A stretch of 64,000 nucleotides of DNA. It comes from Mytilus trossulus (Eukaryota). The stretch covers positions 44,082,001 to 44,146,000 of the forward strand of contig NC_086386.1 of the NCBI RefSeq assembly GCF_036588685.1. The letters run 5' to 3'. Positions within the stretch are counted from its first letter, which is position 1. Each line of letters starts with the position of its first letter. Positions 26,801 through 36,340 of this stretch are shown one piece after another. A program made the position numbers and the translations under genes. The notes under the pieces were generated by a model. The model ran no database searches and had not been told where the DNA came from. It was given only the letters and a program-made list of their open reading frames with translations.

Positions 26801-29800
26801 TAGACATCTGTAAACAATATATAAAGTAAATAAGATCACAATAAGCTTGGTAGCAATTCAGGGTTTTCAAAATGATAACTCCCCACCCTTTAGAATTCCC
26901 TCCCTTTTTACTCCCTCCCTTCCAAGTCATTATAAATAGTAACCAAATTTGCAAGACCATGAATAAGTTGTTTAAATTCATAATAATTCAGTAATAGTTA
27001 TGGTCCTGGTATAGTAAGAATTTTGATAACAGATCTGCAGGTAAATCATTTTCTCCTCTTAAACTGTAGAACACTATATACATGTAGCCAAAATTTATTA
27101 AACATATATACAATTCCCCTGAATCCCTAATATTGTTGGTATAACATAGTACAAAATTCACTTTATAATGAATGTGCAAATTTTTACAAGCCCCTTAAGC
27201 ATTTATTAAGGCCATGTTTTAATAACTTTTGAACTAAACAGTGAATTTTGAACAAAGCAAAGACATGTAAAATATGGACAATACACACATGTAAACAGAA
27301 CTTTACTACTACTCGTCATGCATGAGTAACAAACAGTTAAATAAATCATAAGCATAGCATGCAGCAAGCAAATAAGCATATCAAGCAACATGCTAACACA
27401 AAAACAAAGCTTAAACTAAAGTAGCGAAAGCAGAAAACAGCTCCGCATTTTGTCAACATTAAAACAAAAGATAAATACTGCATTTAAGCACCAAAAGCAG
27501 TCAGCATGCTCAACATTGGTCTAAGCTGCCATTCAATGTAGGAGTTGATTTTGAGAAAGTTCTAAATGTTTCTAGTTACTAACTATATATTATGGTGTTG
27601 CAGCTCACTCCAAAATTGGAAGCATAATGCGTAAATTAACGGAGACCATACCTTGTTACCTAGATTAAGTTTTATCTGTAATCTGATTGTATCTAAAAAA
27701 AGAAAATCTGTTCATTTTAGTATTGAACAAATCGTATAAATATAATTTACACTTTAATATTGCATGAATTCGGGATCTGAAATTTGAAAAAATAATTAAA
27801 TCAAAAGTTGCATGTATAGGACTTGTGGAAGTGTAAACCCTGATATTATTGCTTTTACCACTACACAGCACTTATGTGACGAGACTTAGGATTAAATAAT
27901 AACATGTGTTTATCCACGGAGGCTTCCATTGTGTTGTATTATGTCCATATTTGTATACGCATTAATTAACAGAGTTCGAGAACAATTTTGTTGACCAATC
28001 TGTCATGGGACCGTCAAAGTAAGATTATTTGTCAGTCCTACAAATTCTGTAAACTTTATACTAAAAGAAAATTAATAACATATTTTATCATATTTATCGA
28101 AAATATAACTTTATTATTATTAATATTAGTTAAATTTATCACAGCCACTGGCAAATGAACAATGAAGGACCAGTTCTGGTCTTCTGATTGTTCTTATTTA
28201 CAGTCATCTTCACAGTCCATTTCATTATCTGAATCACTTTCTCCGATATGATATATAAGGGTTCAATGAACTTCAATCGCTTATTGTTTGCCAGGGACGG
28301 CTCCTTTAACAAATTTAGAAGGCCATGTGTAGATCGCCGCTTTGGTTTGTTTATTATAAATTCGTAAGCCAGTAACAGAAATTAGAAGAGGTTACATCTG
28401 ATGACGGATGTAACCATGTACTGGAAATACACTGTAGTTGCGGTACAAATTATTATAAAAAAAAAAATAATTTGTATTTGCTGCCTCTCACTTGAGCATC
28501 AAAGATTGTGAGTAAGAGCATGAAGAGCAAAGACTCGGTGGGCTCAGTCAGAAAAATACAGATAGGTTCGTTGAAAATCATGTTCACTCACATTTTTATT
28601 ATGTAATCAGGATTTCTATTGTGGATTATCTTGACGAAATGGATAAGGAATATTATCATGATGATGCAAAGACCAAGTCATTCGTCTTAAAGGCTGCAGA
28701 ATTAAGATTCCAAACAGTTATCAAACTAGTCAAAAACTGTTTAAAATAATTATCAGTATTTTTTCATTCAAAATCTTCATTGTATTTTATCCTACAACAT
28801 TGTACAAAGCTTGCTACATCATGTATTTGTACCTGCATTTTACTATCCACCACACACAGAACAATAAAACGAAACTAGCTTTGTTAATACATGTACCAAT
28901 TAAGGTGGTACCTAACACTACAGGGAGATAACTCTGTAAAATCAGCAGAACGTTTTAATGATGTTGTGTTCATGAGGGAGTAGTAAGCTTCTCAATGATC
29001 AAAATAAGTGTTTGTCAAACTGCTATATAACCAGTGTAATTTTTCTGATAAAACGGTTGGTTCAAATTTTTTGAAATTTTTAAAGTCAAAGTAAATACTT
29101 TGTCAAAATTTTAAGAAAATTAAACGAGCCAAATAAATTTTAGTTAAAGTGTTGGGTACCACCTTAACAGTAATCTTCAATAAATAAATGAAATAATTAT
29201 TAATTAAATAATCACCATAAGACATAATCACAATAAACATTTCATTTATAAAATTCACAAATTTTATTTTTGAAAATATAATTATTTTGATATACACAAT
29301 GTAAACATCTAGAAAACATTTTTCAATTCAACCAGTATTTTAATAAGAAAACGTTGTTAACAGATCCAAGAGTTTTCCTGATGAATACTTTAAAATATAA
29401 AATCAAGCAGAATAAAACTTCAAAATACATAAGGCAATATTAATCATGATTATTGACAAGGGGGTCTCATTGGGGGTTCTGATCCTGGATCCCACTTACT
29501 GTTTTGTCAGATTCCTGTATCCTGCTTACACTTTGTACAGTTACGTATTAAGCAATTTTCATTTTTTTTTAAGTTCCTGTGTCCCAATAGACTTCATTTT
29601 ACGTTTTCACAGTACATGTACAATAATTTAACTCTCACATGTTACGCTAACAAAAAAATCTGCAATCCCATGTCATAGCGCTTAGACCTCAATAAGACCA
29701 ACTGACAAGAACTTATGAGGCATTGCTGAAAAAAAACAAGCATGTGATAATGTTACTTTGAATGTTTCAGGAATGAAGTCCTGCTAAATGACAAATGGAA

Positions 29801-32800
29801 TAAATGGTGACAATAATAATAGCATTAAATGTAACGATGTATAACAACAGTTTTATTTCTTTGAAAACTGCAGACTGACAGTTTCATCTTCCATTTAAGA
29901 TATCCATGATATTAGAACATATGTTTGTAATGTGCATACTTTTATTTTCAGACTAATGAGCCTGATGAAACAACTAGACTTATAAACCCTGTACAAAATC
30001 ATTCACCAAGATCTGTGTAAGTAAAATGCATGATTGATACACTTTTATAGGTACATTTTGTAATTACCGTATATATAACTTGCATTATAACACATCATGT
30101 GTAGGAGGCACTATTACCATGATTACATGTATTATATATGTTTGAGATTTATCTTACACATAACATATACACATGATGTAATTGACAACTTTCGAGTTCC
30201 ATGCATTTCCTTCAAAAACTCTGGTTTTAGTAAACGTCATTTGTGCGTTCAGAGGCGTCATCACTTCCATTCTGATGTTAAGCGAGTGGTTGGAAAACTA
30301 TAATTCTATACTGTATGAATTATTCAGCTAATTGATTTCTCAAAATTGACAATCAGCATTGCTGTCATAAGGGAATTGTCATTAACATGATTAAGTACCT
30401 ACAGAACAACCATTATTTCTAGTTTATCCTGCACAATGATGATCCCTAAGACGCTTGATGAACGTAAATAGTGCAGGGATACAGACGACCCCCTCTATCT
30501 GGTAAATGACGTCAGAAAGGCGTGTATAATTAACAAGTTTTTTCTGGTGACGGATGAACTCGAAAGTGGTCTATTGACAGTGCTTAGCAATAATTTCCTG
30601 GATAAGTTCACTTTTACATACATGTACAAAAATGTATAACATTCAAACTGCTACAACATGTACAAGATTTGGGTGGAATATTTTAACAATACAACAAACA
30701 AACAACCAATATAATAAACATGATAAAATAAAACCTATCAATTCATGCAATTAGTCAAAACAATTCATCATATTTGGTGTGTTTATTGGAGAAATACAAA
30801 ATGTATATATTTGACATTCATTATCGCTTTAAACATGACAAAAGCAAATTTTACTGGTTTTTTTTCAACATAAGATTGACCTTAAAGCTTTGAACAAGTT
30901 AACATTGGAGTGACTGATTATCATGATTATTGGTGATTTGTCAGTTTTAGTTGCTGCTGTTGTTATGGTATCAAAACAGAAGAACCGAAACCAGTGTTTA
31001 CAGAACCTCCCCAGCCCTATAATCCACCTCCTATAATACAAACACTACCTAGGTAAAGTTTGGTACGGCATGAGCAATCTAAAGCAAAGCACTGGTATAA
31101 ATTAACATTGCTAAAATTTGAAAAATGTCTTTTACCATAAAATATCTACATGATCTATGAACAGTTTGTTGCTTCACTTGAACAGTTGTCTTTAGATATA
31201 GCTTTAACCTTTAATCATTATGAACAGTTTGTGGCTTCAAAGTGGACTTGAAATATAGCTTCCACAAACCCTACTTGCATGACTTAAAATAAAACTATGA
31301 ATGCAGTAATGCCTCCTTCTTATATATGTATTGATAACTACCATGTCTACTGAAGGATGATTTTGTGGGCTATGCATTCACATGGATTCACTTATTATCT
31401 GGTTGGTTAGATTTGATTTCCTGAAATATTAAACAATAACTTGTTTTGAGGTAATTGCAATGAATTCTGTAATTTCAAACATGATGTGATTCTGCAGGTT
31501 TGATATCATAAACATTTGAAGGGTCAGTGATTTGGGTCTTGAAAAATATCAATAAATCATTTTAATTAAATTTGAATTTAAATTTAAACTGATGCTGATT
31601 TTTGACAATCAGACAAACCTGTTTTCAGTATGTTGATTTGATTATTTGGAAATATTCTCAGTGATGACTTCTGCAACAATCTGCAAGTTAAATTCAACAT
31701 CCTCCAATTAAAAAAAAAACGTAATGATAATTCAAACATTTCTAGAAAATTTAGTCATGTTAGTGTTTACCTTGTACAAATATTCTGAAGGAGAATTTCA
31801 GGGTATGCTTTTATATTTAACAATAAGGCCAAATAAAAATATATGTGTGGTTCCAGTTACCCTACCTACCCTGCGTTTTAGTCTTAATAATAGCCTACCC
31901 TAAAGTTTTTTTTGACATTTCTCAGTAAGCACTGTTAAAGTCAGAATGTTGCTCCCATAGACTCAATGTAAAAATTAAATATAAAATTTAAAAAAAATCC
32001 CTACCTACCTAACCTAATTCAGTTTAGGATGTAACTGGAACCACACATACTATTTTATTTGGCTTAATCATCATTTTAGTGAAAATGTATTTGTACAGTG
32101 CATTCATAACCTGTACACCATAGGAATTTAACAGACATATGTAAAATTCATGTCTTTCATCATGTTGATTTTGAAACATTTTTAGCTTGCAGAAAGATTT
32201 TTGAATTCTCATACTTTATTTTCGTCCTTGCTTGTATTTACAGTGTACAATTTCATAATACTATATAACTACCTAAAAAGTGAATGCTTTTCCATTCTTG
32301 TCAAATTCTTAGTGATAAACTTAATGAAAATCATGACACTCTGTCAGTTCTGTATTTTTTTCCTGAAATTAATAAAATGATAAAATAAAGAGTAAACTAC
32401 ATGTATCTCTTATGCATTATTTTATAATATTTCTTTTCACTAAGCATCTGTCCATGATGGACTACTGTATGAAATGTATGGTTACACCAAAAAAGCATGA
32501 CTAATATAGACAAAATAAACATAGATGAGGTTGTTATGTCAAATTGAAGGTTAAGATAATTAAAGATTTTTTTTCAATAAATATAAAGTATGTTGGCTAT
32601 AAATGAAATAATAGTTTCTAGTATGTTATTTCAAAACTGATTGATTTGCCTAGTTTACAACATGTACAAATGACTTACACATACTTTTTTCATGTATTTG
32701 TTCAATGTATTCAAATGTTTATATCTCCCAAAATGATTAAATGTCCATTGTTAATTTTATGTTAATGTTGACAGTGGTCCAAGCAGTGAGCCAGCAATAA

Positions 32801-35800
32801 TAAGCCATCCAAAAGGAGATGAACAGTCAGCGTTAGAAAGAATATTACAGAAAACAGCAAGGTTGGTTCAAACTGTGTTTTGTAAGGTGTAAATACAGGT
32901 TTTAAAAGATGGTACATTCTGTGTAGGAGTAAAATGTACATTTGAAATAAAGGAGTAGGTCCAGTAAGGGCCGATATTGGCCTCAAATTTCAGGTTCATT
33001 TAAAGAAAGATTTTGGACACTTTTCAAACACTTAAATGTCTACTTCATGATTCAATTAGCTTATGTGAAAGATTTTAACTGATTTAATCATTAAAAACGC
33101 TTCGAGTGAAGCTTAAATATGAAAAATCTATCAAATATGCCAAAAAATGTCACTTTTCAGATGGTTTTTGTAAAAAATTAAAGTGTCCGCATCCGTGTTC
33201 ATTCTCAACCTTTATATATGTTATGTATTATCATTAAATACAACTTACATTTCAATATTATGAATGAACATGTAAATGCTGCCACTTTCATTTAGGACAG
33301 AAACCGTCTAAAATTTAACTAAAATGCTAAAATTGTGAAGCTTTCGGTAATTTAGCATGACTTTATGATGCTAGTACAGATATATATGCATTATATTGTC
33401 AAAAACAGCCCATATTTATGTAGCGGAAGCTTTCTACTGTCTAGTAAATAGCTAAAAGATTACATTTTCACAATTTTGTAAAACTGCTATATTTTGGTGC
33501 CCAAACTGGGTCTTACTGAACCTACTCCTTTTATAAGCCCAAGCAAACTAAGTTTTTGGGTATACAGAAATCACCCTGTCAGTCCATCTGTTTATCCATG
33601 TGTATTGAAAATTTGTGCAAACTAAGCATGCTAAGTTGCTTACCCTAATATGAAAAAAACCCAAAAACTTAAAACATAAAACACAACAGTACAGGATACA
33701 GGAGGATTTGATAAAACATAATATCATGACAGGCCTCTACAATAACCATGATCACTATTATAATTTTTTTTAACAAGTTGCTTTTTTATGCCCCACCTAC
33801 GATAGTAGAGGGGCATTATGTTTTCTGGTCTGTGCGTCCGTTCGTCCGTCTGTGTCTGTTCGTTCGTCCGTCTGTCCATCTGTCCTTTCGTCCGTCTGTC
33901 ACTCTTCAGGTTAAAGATTTTTGGTCAAGGTAGTTTTTGATGAAGTTGAGGTCCAATCAACTTGAAATTTAGTACACATGTTCCTTATGATATGATCTTT
34001 CTAATTTTTAAACCAAATTAAACTTTTGACCCGAATTTCACGGTCCACTGAACATAGAAAATGAAAGTGCATGTTTCAGGTTAAAGTTTTTGGTCAAGGT
34101 AGTTTTTGATGAAGTTGAAGTCCAATCAACTTGAAACTTAGTAAACATGTTCCTTATGATATTATCTTTCTAATTTTAATGCCTTATTATATTTTTTATC
34201 CAATTTCATGGTCCATTGAACCTGGAAAAGGATAGTGTGAGTGGGGCATTCATGTACTTTTGACACATTCTTGTTTCAAATTTAAACAAAGCATGGTGAA
34301 CAATTGGGAATGATGTGCTTCTAGCATGAAAGCACTTGAAATAAAAATTGAAAATATGTTGCTAAAAATAACATTCTACCAACTGCTTTTAGAACATACC
34401 TCATGGCTGTAGATTCAACTTACCCCAAATGATTAACAAACACAGATAATTCTTCTTTTCTTTTTTTCAGGGATGTGATAGATGTTACAAATGAAAGTAA
34501 TTTAGTAGAACAAACAGAGTATCAAGAGAGAACTAGACAGTATAGGTAATTAACACCTCTGGGTACAATATTACAGCATGTAGGGAATCAGTATTTCAAT
34601 AAAAAAATTCTCCATTATGATACTAATGCCTTTATCAAACAGTGCAACTTTTTTCTCATAAATAGTAGCATAACTCTTTGGTACTCAACTAGTACAATGT
34701 CATTAGATATTTATTCAGCAACGATAAATCAATCTTAAGCTAGTAATATTTGAAAACATGTTGAACATTGAATGAAAACTAGACACACCCCTGGAAATTT
34801 AAGTGTTTTAGAAAGGATTAATAAAAAGCTGCTAATATGGCTTAGTGTTCCTTGTTAAATATTGAGAACAAGGTTGTTAGGAAATATCTTCTTTTTATGT
34901 ACTAATTATGTCCAATATATCCTCGTACATGTCATATGAAACATTGGCTTACACAATTAGGTATCAAATGTTTTACTGCAGTGTTCTCCCTAGGTTGTTA
35001 TAGTGCTGCTGTATTTAGCCCTATATACTGCTACAGCATTTTAGCACTGTGGTATTTGGATAAAGAGCAGTGGTATCCAATCTCAAAACAGTGCTATTTC
35101 ATGATCAATTTTCAAAATTTCAATCTTGTTTACCTGTAGAGTTTTGATCACATGATCGCCTGACTGTTTTGTATGAATGTCAGATAGATGTACATGTGTT
35201 CACCAAAAATCTAATTAATTTATATTTTATTTTCTTATTCAGCAACAGAGTTAACATGGTAGTAGGTGGCAGTAGTCGGTTAAAGCAGAAACCAAATCTA
35301 CCTAATTGTGTTACAGCTCCACAGTCAGTGCTAGCCAGTAAACCTATTTCATTACATGATATTCAGTTGGTAAGTGATTAGGCAGCAACCATTGCATATT
35401 AATAATAATAGACTCCTTGAAACTCATCAAAGGATTGTTAAACAAAATGTCAGACAAACTGCAATGATTCATATATAATCTATCAAAAATCCATCAGACT
35501 AAAAAAATGTTTAGGAAAAACCTGTAATTGGTTAAATTGAAAAAAAATAATACTAATGTTCCAATAAAAGGGTTCAGGTTTACACTCTGTTCTGGCAATA
35601 ATATACTGGCCAGCAATACATACAAATTCCATTGATTAAATTCTATAAGTACATTTTACATGGAGTATATACTTTACTTATAAACAGTTTGTAAAGATTC
35701 TTTGTTCAAACAACAGTCATATCCGTATAAAGGTTACCCCTAAAACCACTAACTTTATAAATGTACTAACTTTATAAAATGCTTAAAATACATGGGTTTA

Positions 35801-36340
35801 TCTACAGCCACAAGAGTGAGACTAACAGAAGGTGACCTCACATGACAGCTTTTTGTCTTATTAGGATTACTTTTATAGAAGGTTTGATTCTATCTTGATT
35901 TAGAAAAAAAACATGCACACAGAGCGTTCTATTTTAGAAACAGCACATCATGATTTTATACAAAGTAAGAATATTAGTATGATGTTATATAATTAAATCT
36001 TTTGCAGAGATCCCAATGAGTTTCAGTAGACCAACACATTATTGTTCATCCAGGCTGAATAATTATCAGCTGACAGAACCTTAACCAATGAAATTATTTC
36101 TATTTATAGATAATAAACTCAGGCTGAATAATTGTCAGCTGACAGCATCTAATCCAATGAAATTATTTCTTTTTATAGATAACAAACCCAGCCTGAATAA
36201 TTATCAGCTGACAGCACCTAATCCAATGAATTTTTTTCTATTTATAGATAACCAATGCTACAGAGAAAGCATCTAGATGCATAAAAGAGATTAAGGTTCA
36301 GCATAAAGAGAATTTAGTCGTACCGTTTGGTGTTCCATGA
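20834..36340 (+). CDS. LAMTOR1: Ragulator complex subunit LAMTOR1/p18 (6 core coding exons, 162 aa)
   Basis: Exons 20834-20875 (MGCCFSSEDDKDTL, myristoyl/palmitoyl signature), 29952-30016 (ETTRLI dileucine-like motif), 32775-32861 (DEQSALERILQKTA), 34471-34545 (DVIDV..EQTEYQERTRQY), 35243-35369 (PQSVLASKPISLHDIQL), 36248-36340 (IKVQHKENLVVPFGVP*). All GT-AG and phase-compatible, 489 nt total. Matches the remembered vertebrate LAMTOR1 along its length. Confidence 0.93.
22300..27660 (-). mobile_element. L1/Tx1-type non-LTR retrotransposon, antisense in LAMTOR1 intron 1
   Basis: ORF2 plus a ~580-nt 3'UTR ending in AATAAA and an A-rich tail at ~22300-22330. The 3' boundary is confirmed by the second copy at 63341+. 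The 5' boundary is uncertain and no ORF1 is visible. Confidence 0.85.
22888..26676 (-). CDS. LINE (L1/Tx1 clade) ORF2: APE endonuclease + reverse transcriptase + C-terminal CCHC zinc knuckle, 1262 aa, intact
   Basis: Endonuclease motifs SLNCRGL, GDWN, SRLDYFLIS, SDHSPV. WKFNNSLL linker. RT motifs KSPGMDG, WRPITLLNVDTKI, LDFEKAFD, GVRQGDPLSP, QYADD, LGI. C-terminal CSFC..ETISHLFWEC. Confidence 0.96.
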   Translation of the reverse strand: MTSLKIGSLNCRGLSEEVKRRDFFSRYRIRYDIIILTDTHCTKEKEKQWAHEWGYKAFFSSGSSRSRGVAILLKNSFTFTIHQEKKDQEGNFIILDMTIQDYRLSLVAIYGPNGDSPTFFENIKGLVSGIKNSSIIMAGDWNVVQDFDKDTSNYSAKNNIRAHDKILDMIESLDLVDIWRALNPDTKRFTWRGPGLKQSRLDYFLISSDLEPFVKNVDMDISYRSDHSPVYLTLQFYNQIKGKGTWKFNNSLLHDMVYVTEIKNCIRETINQYSLPGNDLETELSVNPHLFWELLKCMIRGKTISYASYIKKKNTKTENDLELKLAKLLENYEMDPSELLNSEIKTLENELVQHREKIVTGIMARAKARWVAEGEKCTNYFCNLEKRNYNEKIIPKLIKNNGEEIFNQSEILEEQKSFYEKLYSTTNPILQQEHKNLFFDENNPFIRKLSDEQRLQAEGKLNTNECLKTLKNMKNGKSPGMDGFTTEFYKFFWIDLHEFIIKSFNYSLETGSFSVSQKQGVITCIPKEGKSKFQLKNWRPITLLNVDTKIASAALANRIKPFLGDIISETQQGFIKGRYIGECTRLIFDIMEKAEDDNLPGLLLLLDFEKAFDTLEWSFIDLALSFLGFGPIFCRWVKTLYSDSQSCIINNGHCSQFFNIGRGVRQGDPLSPYLFILSLELMSAALKNNPDINGMKINDSVYLLSQYADDSCLLLDEDEQSLEKCLYTLEKFSECAGLRANFDKTEAIWIGSKIHSRDKLTTTRNLNWNHSGKFKLLGIKFDLFSENKTLVNFEEKIKKIQSLLNSWVYRDLTYMGKITVIKSLALPILIQSLTVLPNPPDDKIKEIQNIFFSFLWSGKPDKIKRKVMIGLFENGGLKMPDIRSFCYSLKMTWINKLLDPLNISPWKTLLIDQYNRLGADKIWLMTPDGIQKISSNFNNFWKDILLNWNILNTATNDTAEGIMKQSIWLNKSLKINNKTIFYQRWVESGVFFIGDLLDENSKFFTLKEFCEKYNLNINFLEYHSLLHMIPKDWKNLITTSEKIMHISNDKFEFIKNNKKSCQFFYKKFLSMYTERPTKQEDKMCKELGTHIENWDFIYSLPFCCTKNNKFSMFQFKILHRTLATNALLQKYGLKETNLCSFCNETKETISHLFWECNLVRNLWLEIAALFQVENNITLILNVENIVLGSESWDISLNLFTILVKYYIYTCRFNNSLPTLTGVIAMIKNSYQIEKISTSFYRSPRAREKFDCKWELIKNIVHM
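28900..29167. mobile_element. TTAA-flanked MITE (same family as 14049-14329, opposite orientation)
   Basis: TTAAggtggtacctaacac ... gtgttgggtaccaccTTAA. Confidence 0.8.
30180..30575. mobile_element. MITE
   Basis: TIRs aattgacaactttcgagttc / gaactcgaaagtggtctatt. Confidence 0.55.
30951..31052 (+). CDS. Candidate alternative in-frame cassette exon of LAMTOR1 (CCCCYGIKTEEPKPVFTEPPQPYNPPPIIQTLP)
   Basis: Bounded by TTTTAG and GTAAAG, 102 nt, phase 2-2 like the flanking exons, no stop codon. A second AG 6 nt upstream is also in frame. It is not required for the canonical-length protein. Confidence 0.5.
31824..32067. mobile_element. MITE
   Basis: TIRs ccaaataaaaata.atgtgtggttccagttac / gtaactggaaccacacata..atttttatttgg, with (ccta)n inside. 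Confidence 0.75.
32950..33530. mobile_element. MITE
   Basis: TIRs aaggagtaggtccagtaag / cttactgaacctactcctt. Confidence 0.7.
33785..34275 (+). mobile_element. HINE/DINE-1-like element
   Basis: Starts ttttatgccccacc with a hairpin, followed by a (gtcc/gtct)n microsatellite, two ~170-bp internal repeats and a subterminal inverted gtggggcat. Confidence 0.7.
36051..36256 (+). repeat. 69-bp tandem repeat, 3 copies, spanning the acceptor of the last LAMTOR1 exon
   Basis: Units start at 36051, 36120 and 36189. Each contains ...tttct(a/t)tttatAG|ataa. Confidence 0.93.

Noticed and set aside
29960-29990. CTGATGA..AAAC hammerhead-like string
   Set aside because: It is LAMTOR1 exon 2 coding sequence (PDETTRLIN) and has no flanking stems.
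36088-36276. 62-aa repetitive ORF
   Set aside because: An out-of-frame by-product of the 69-bp tandem repeat.
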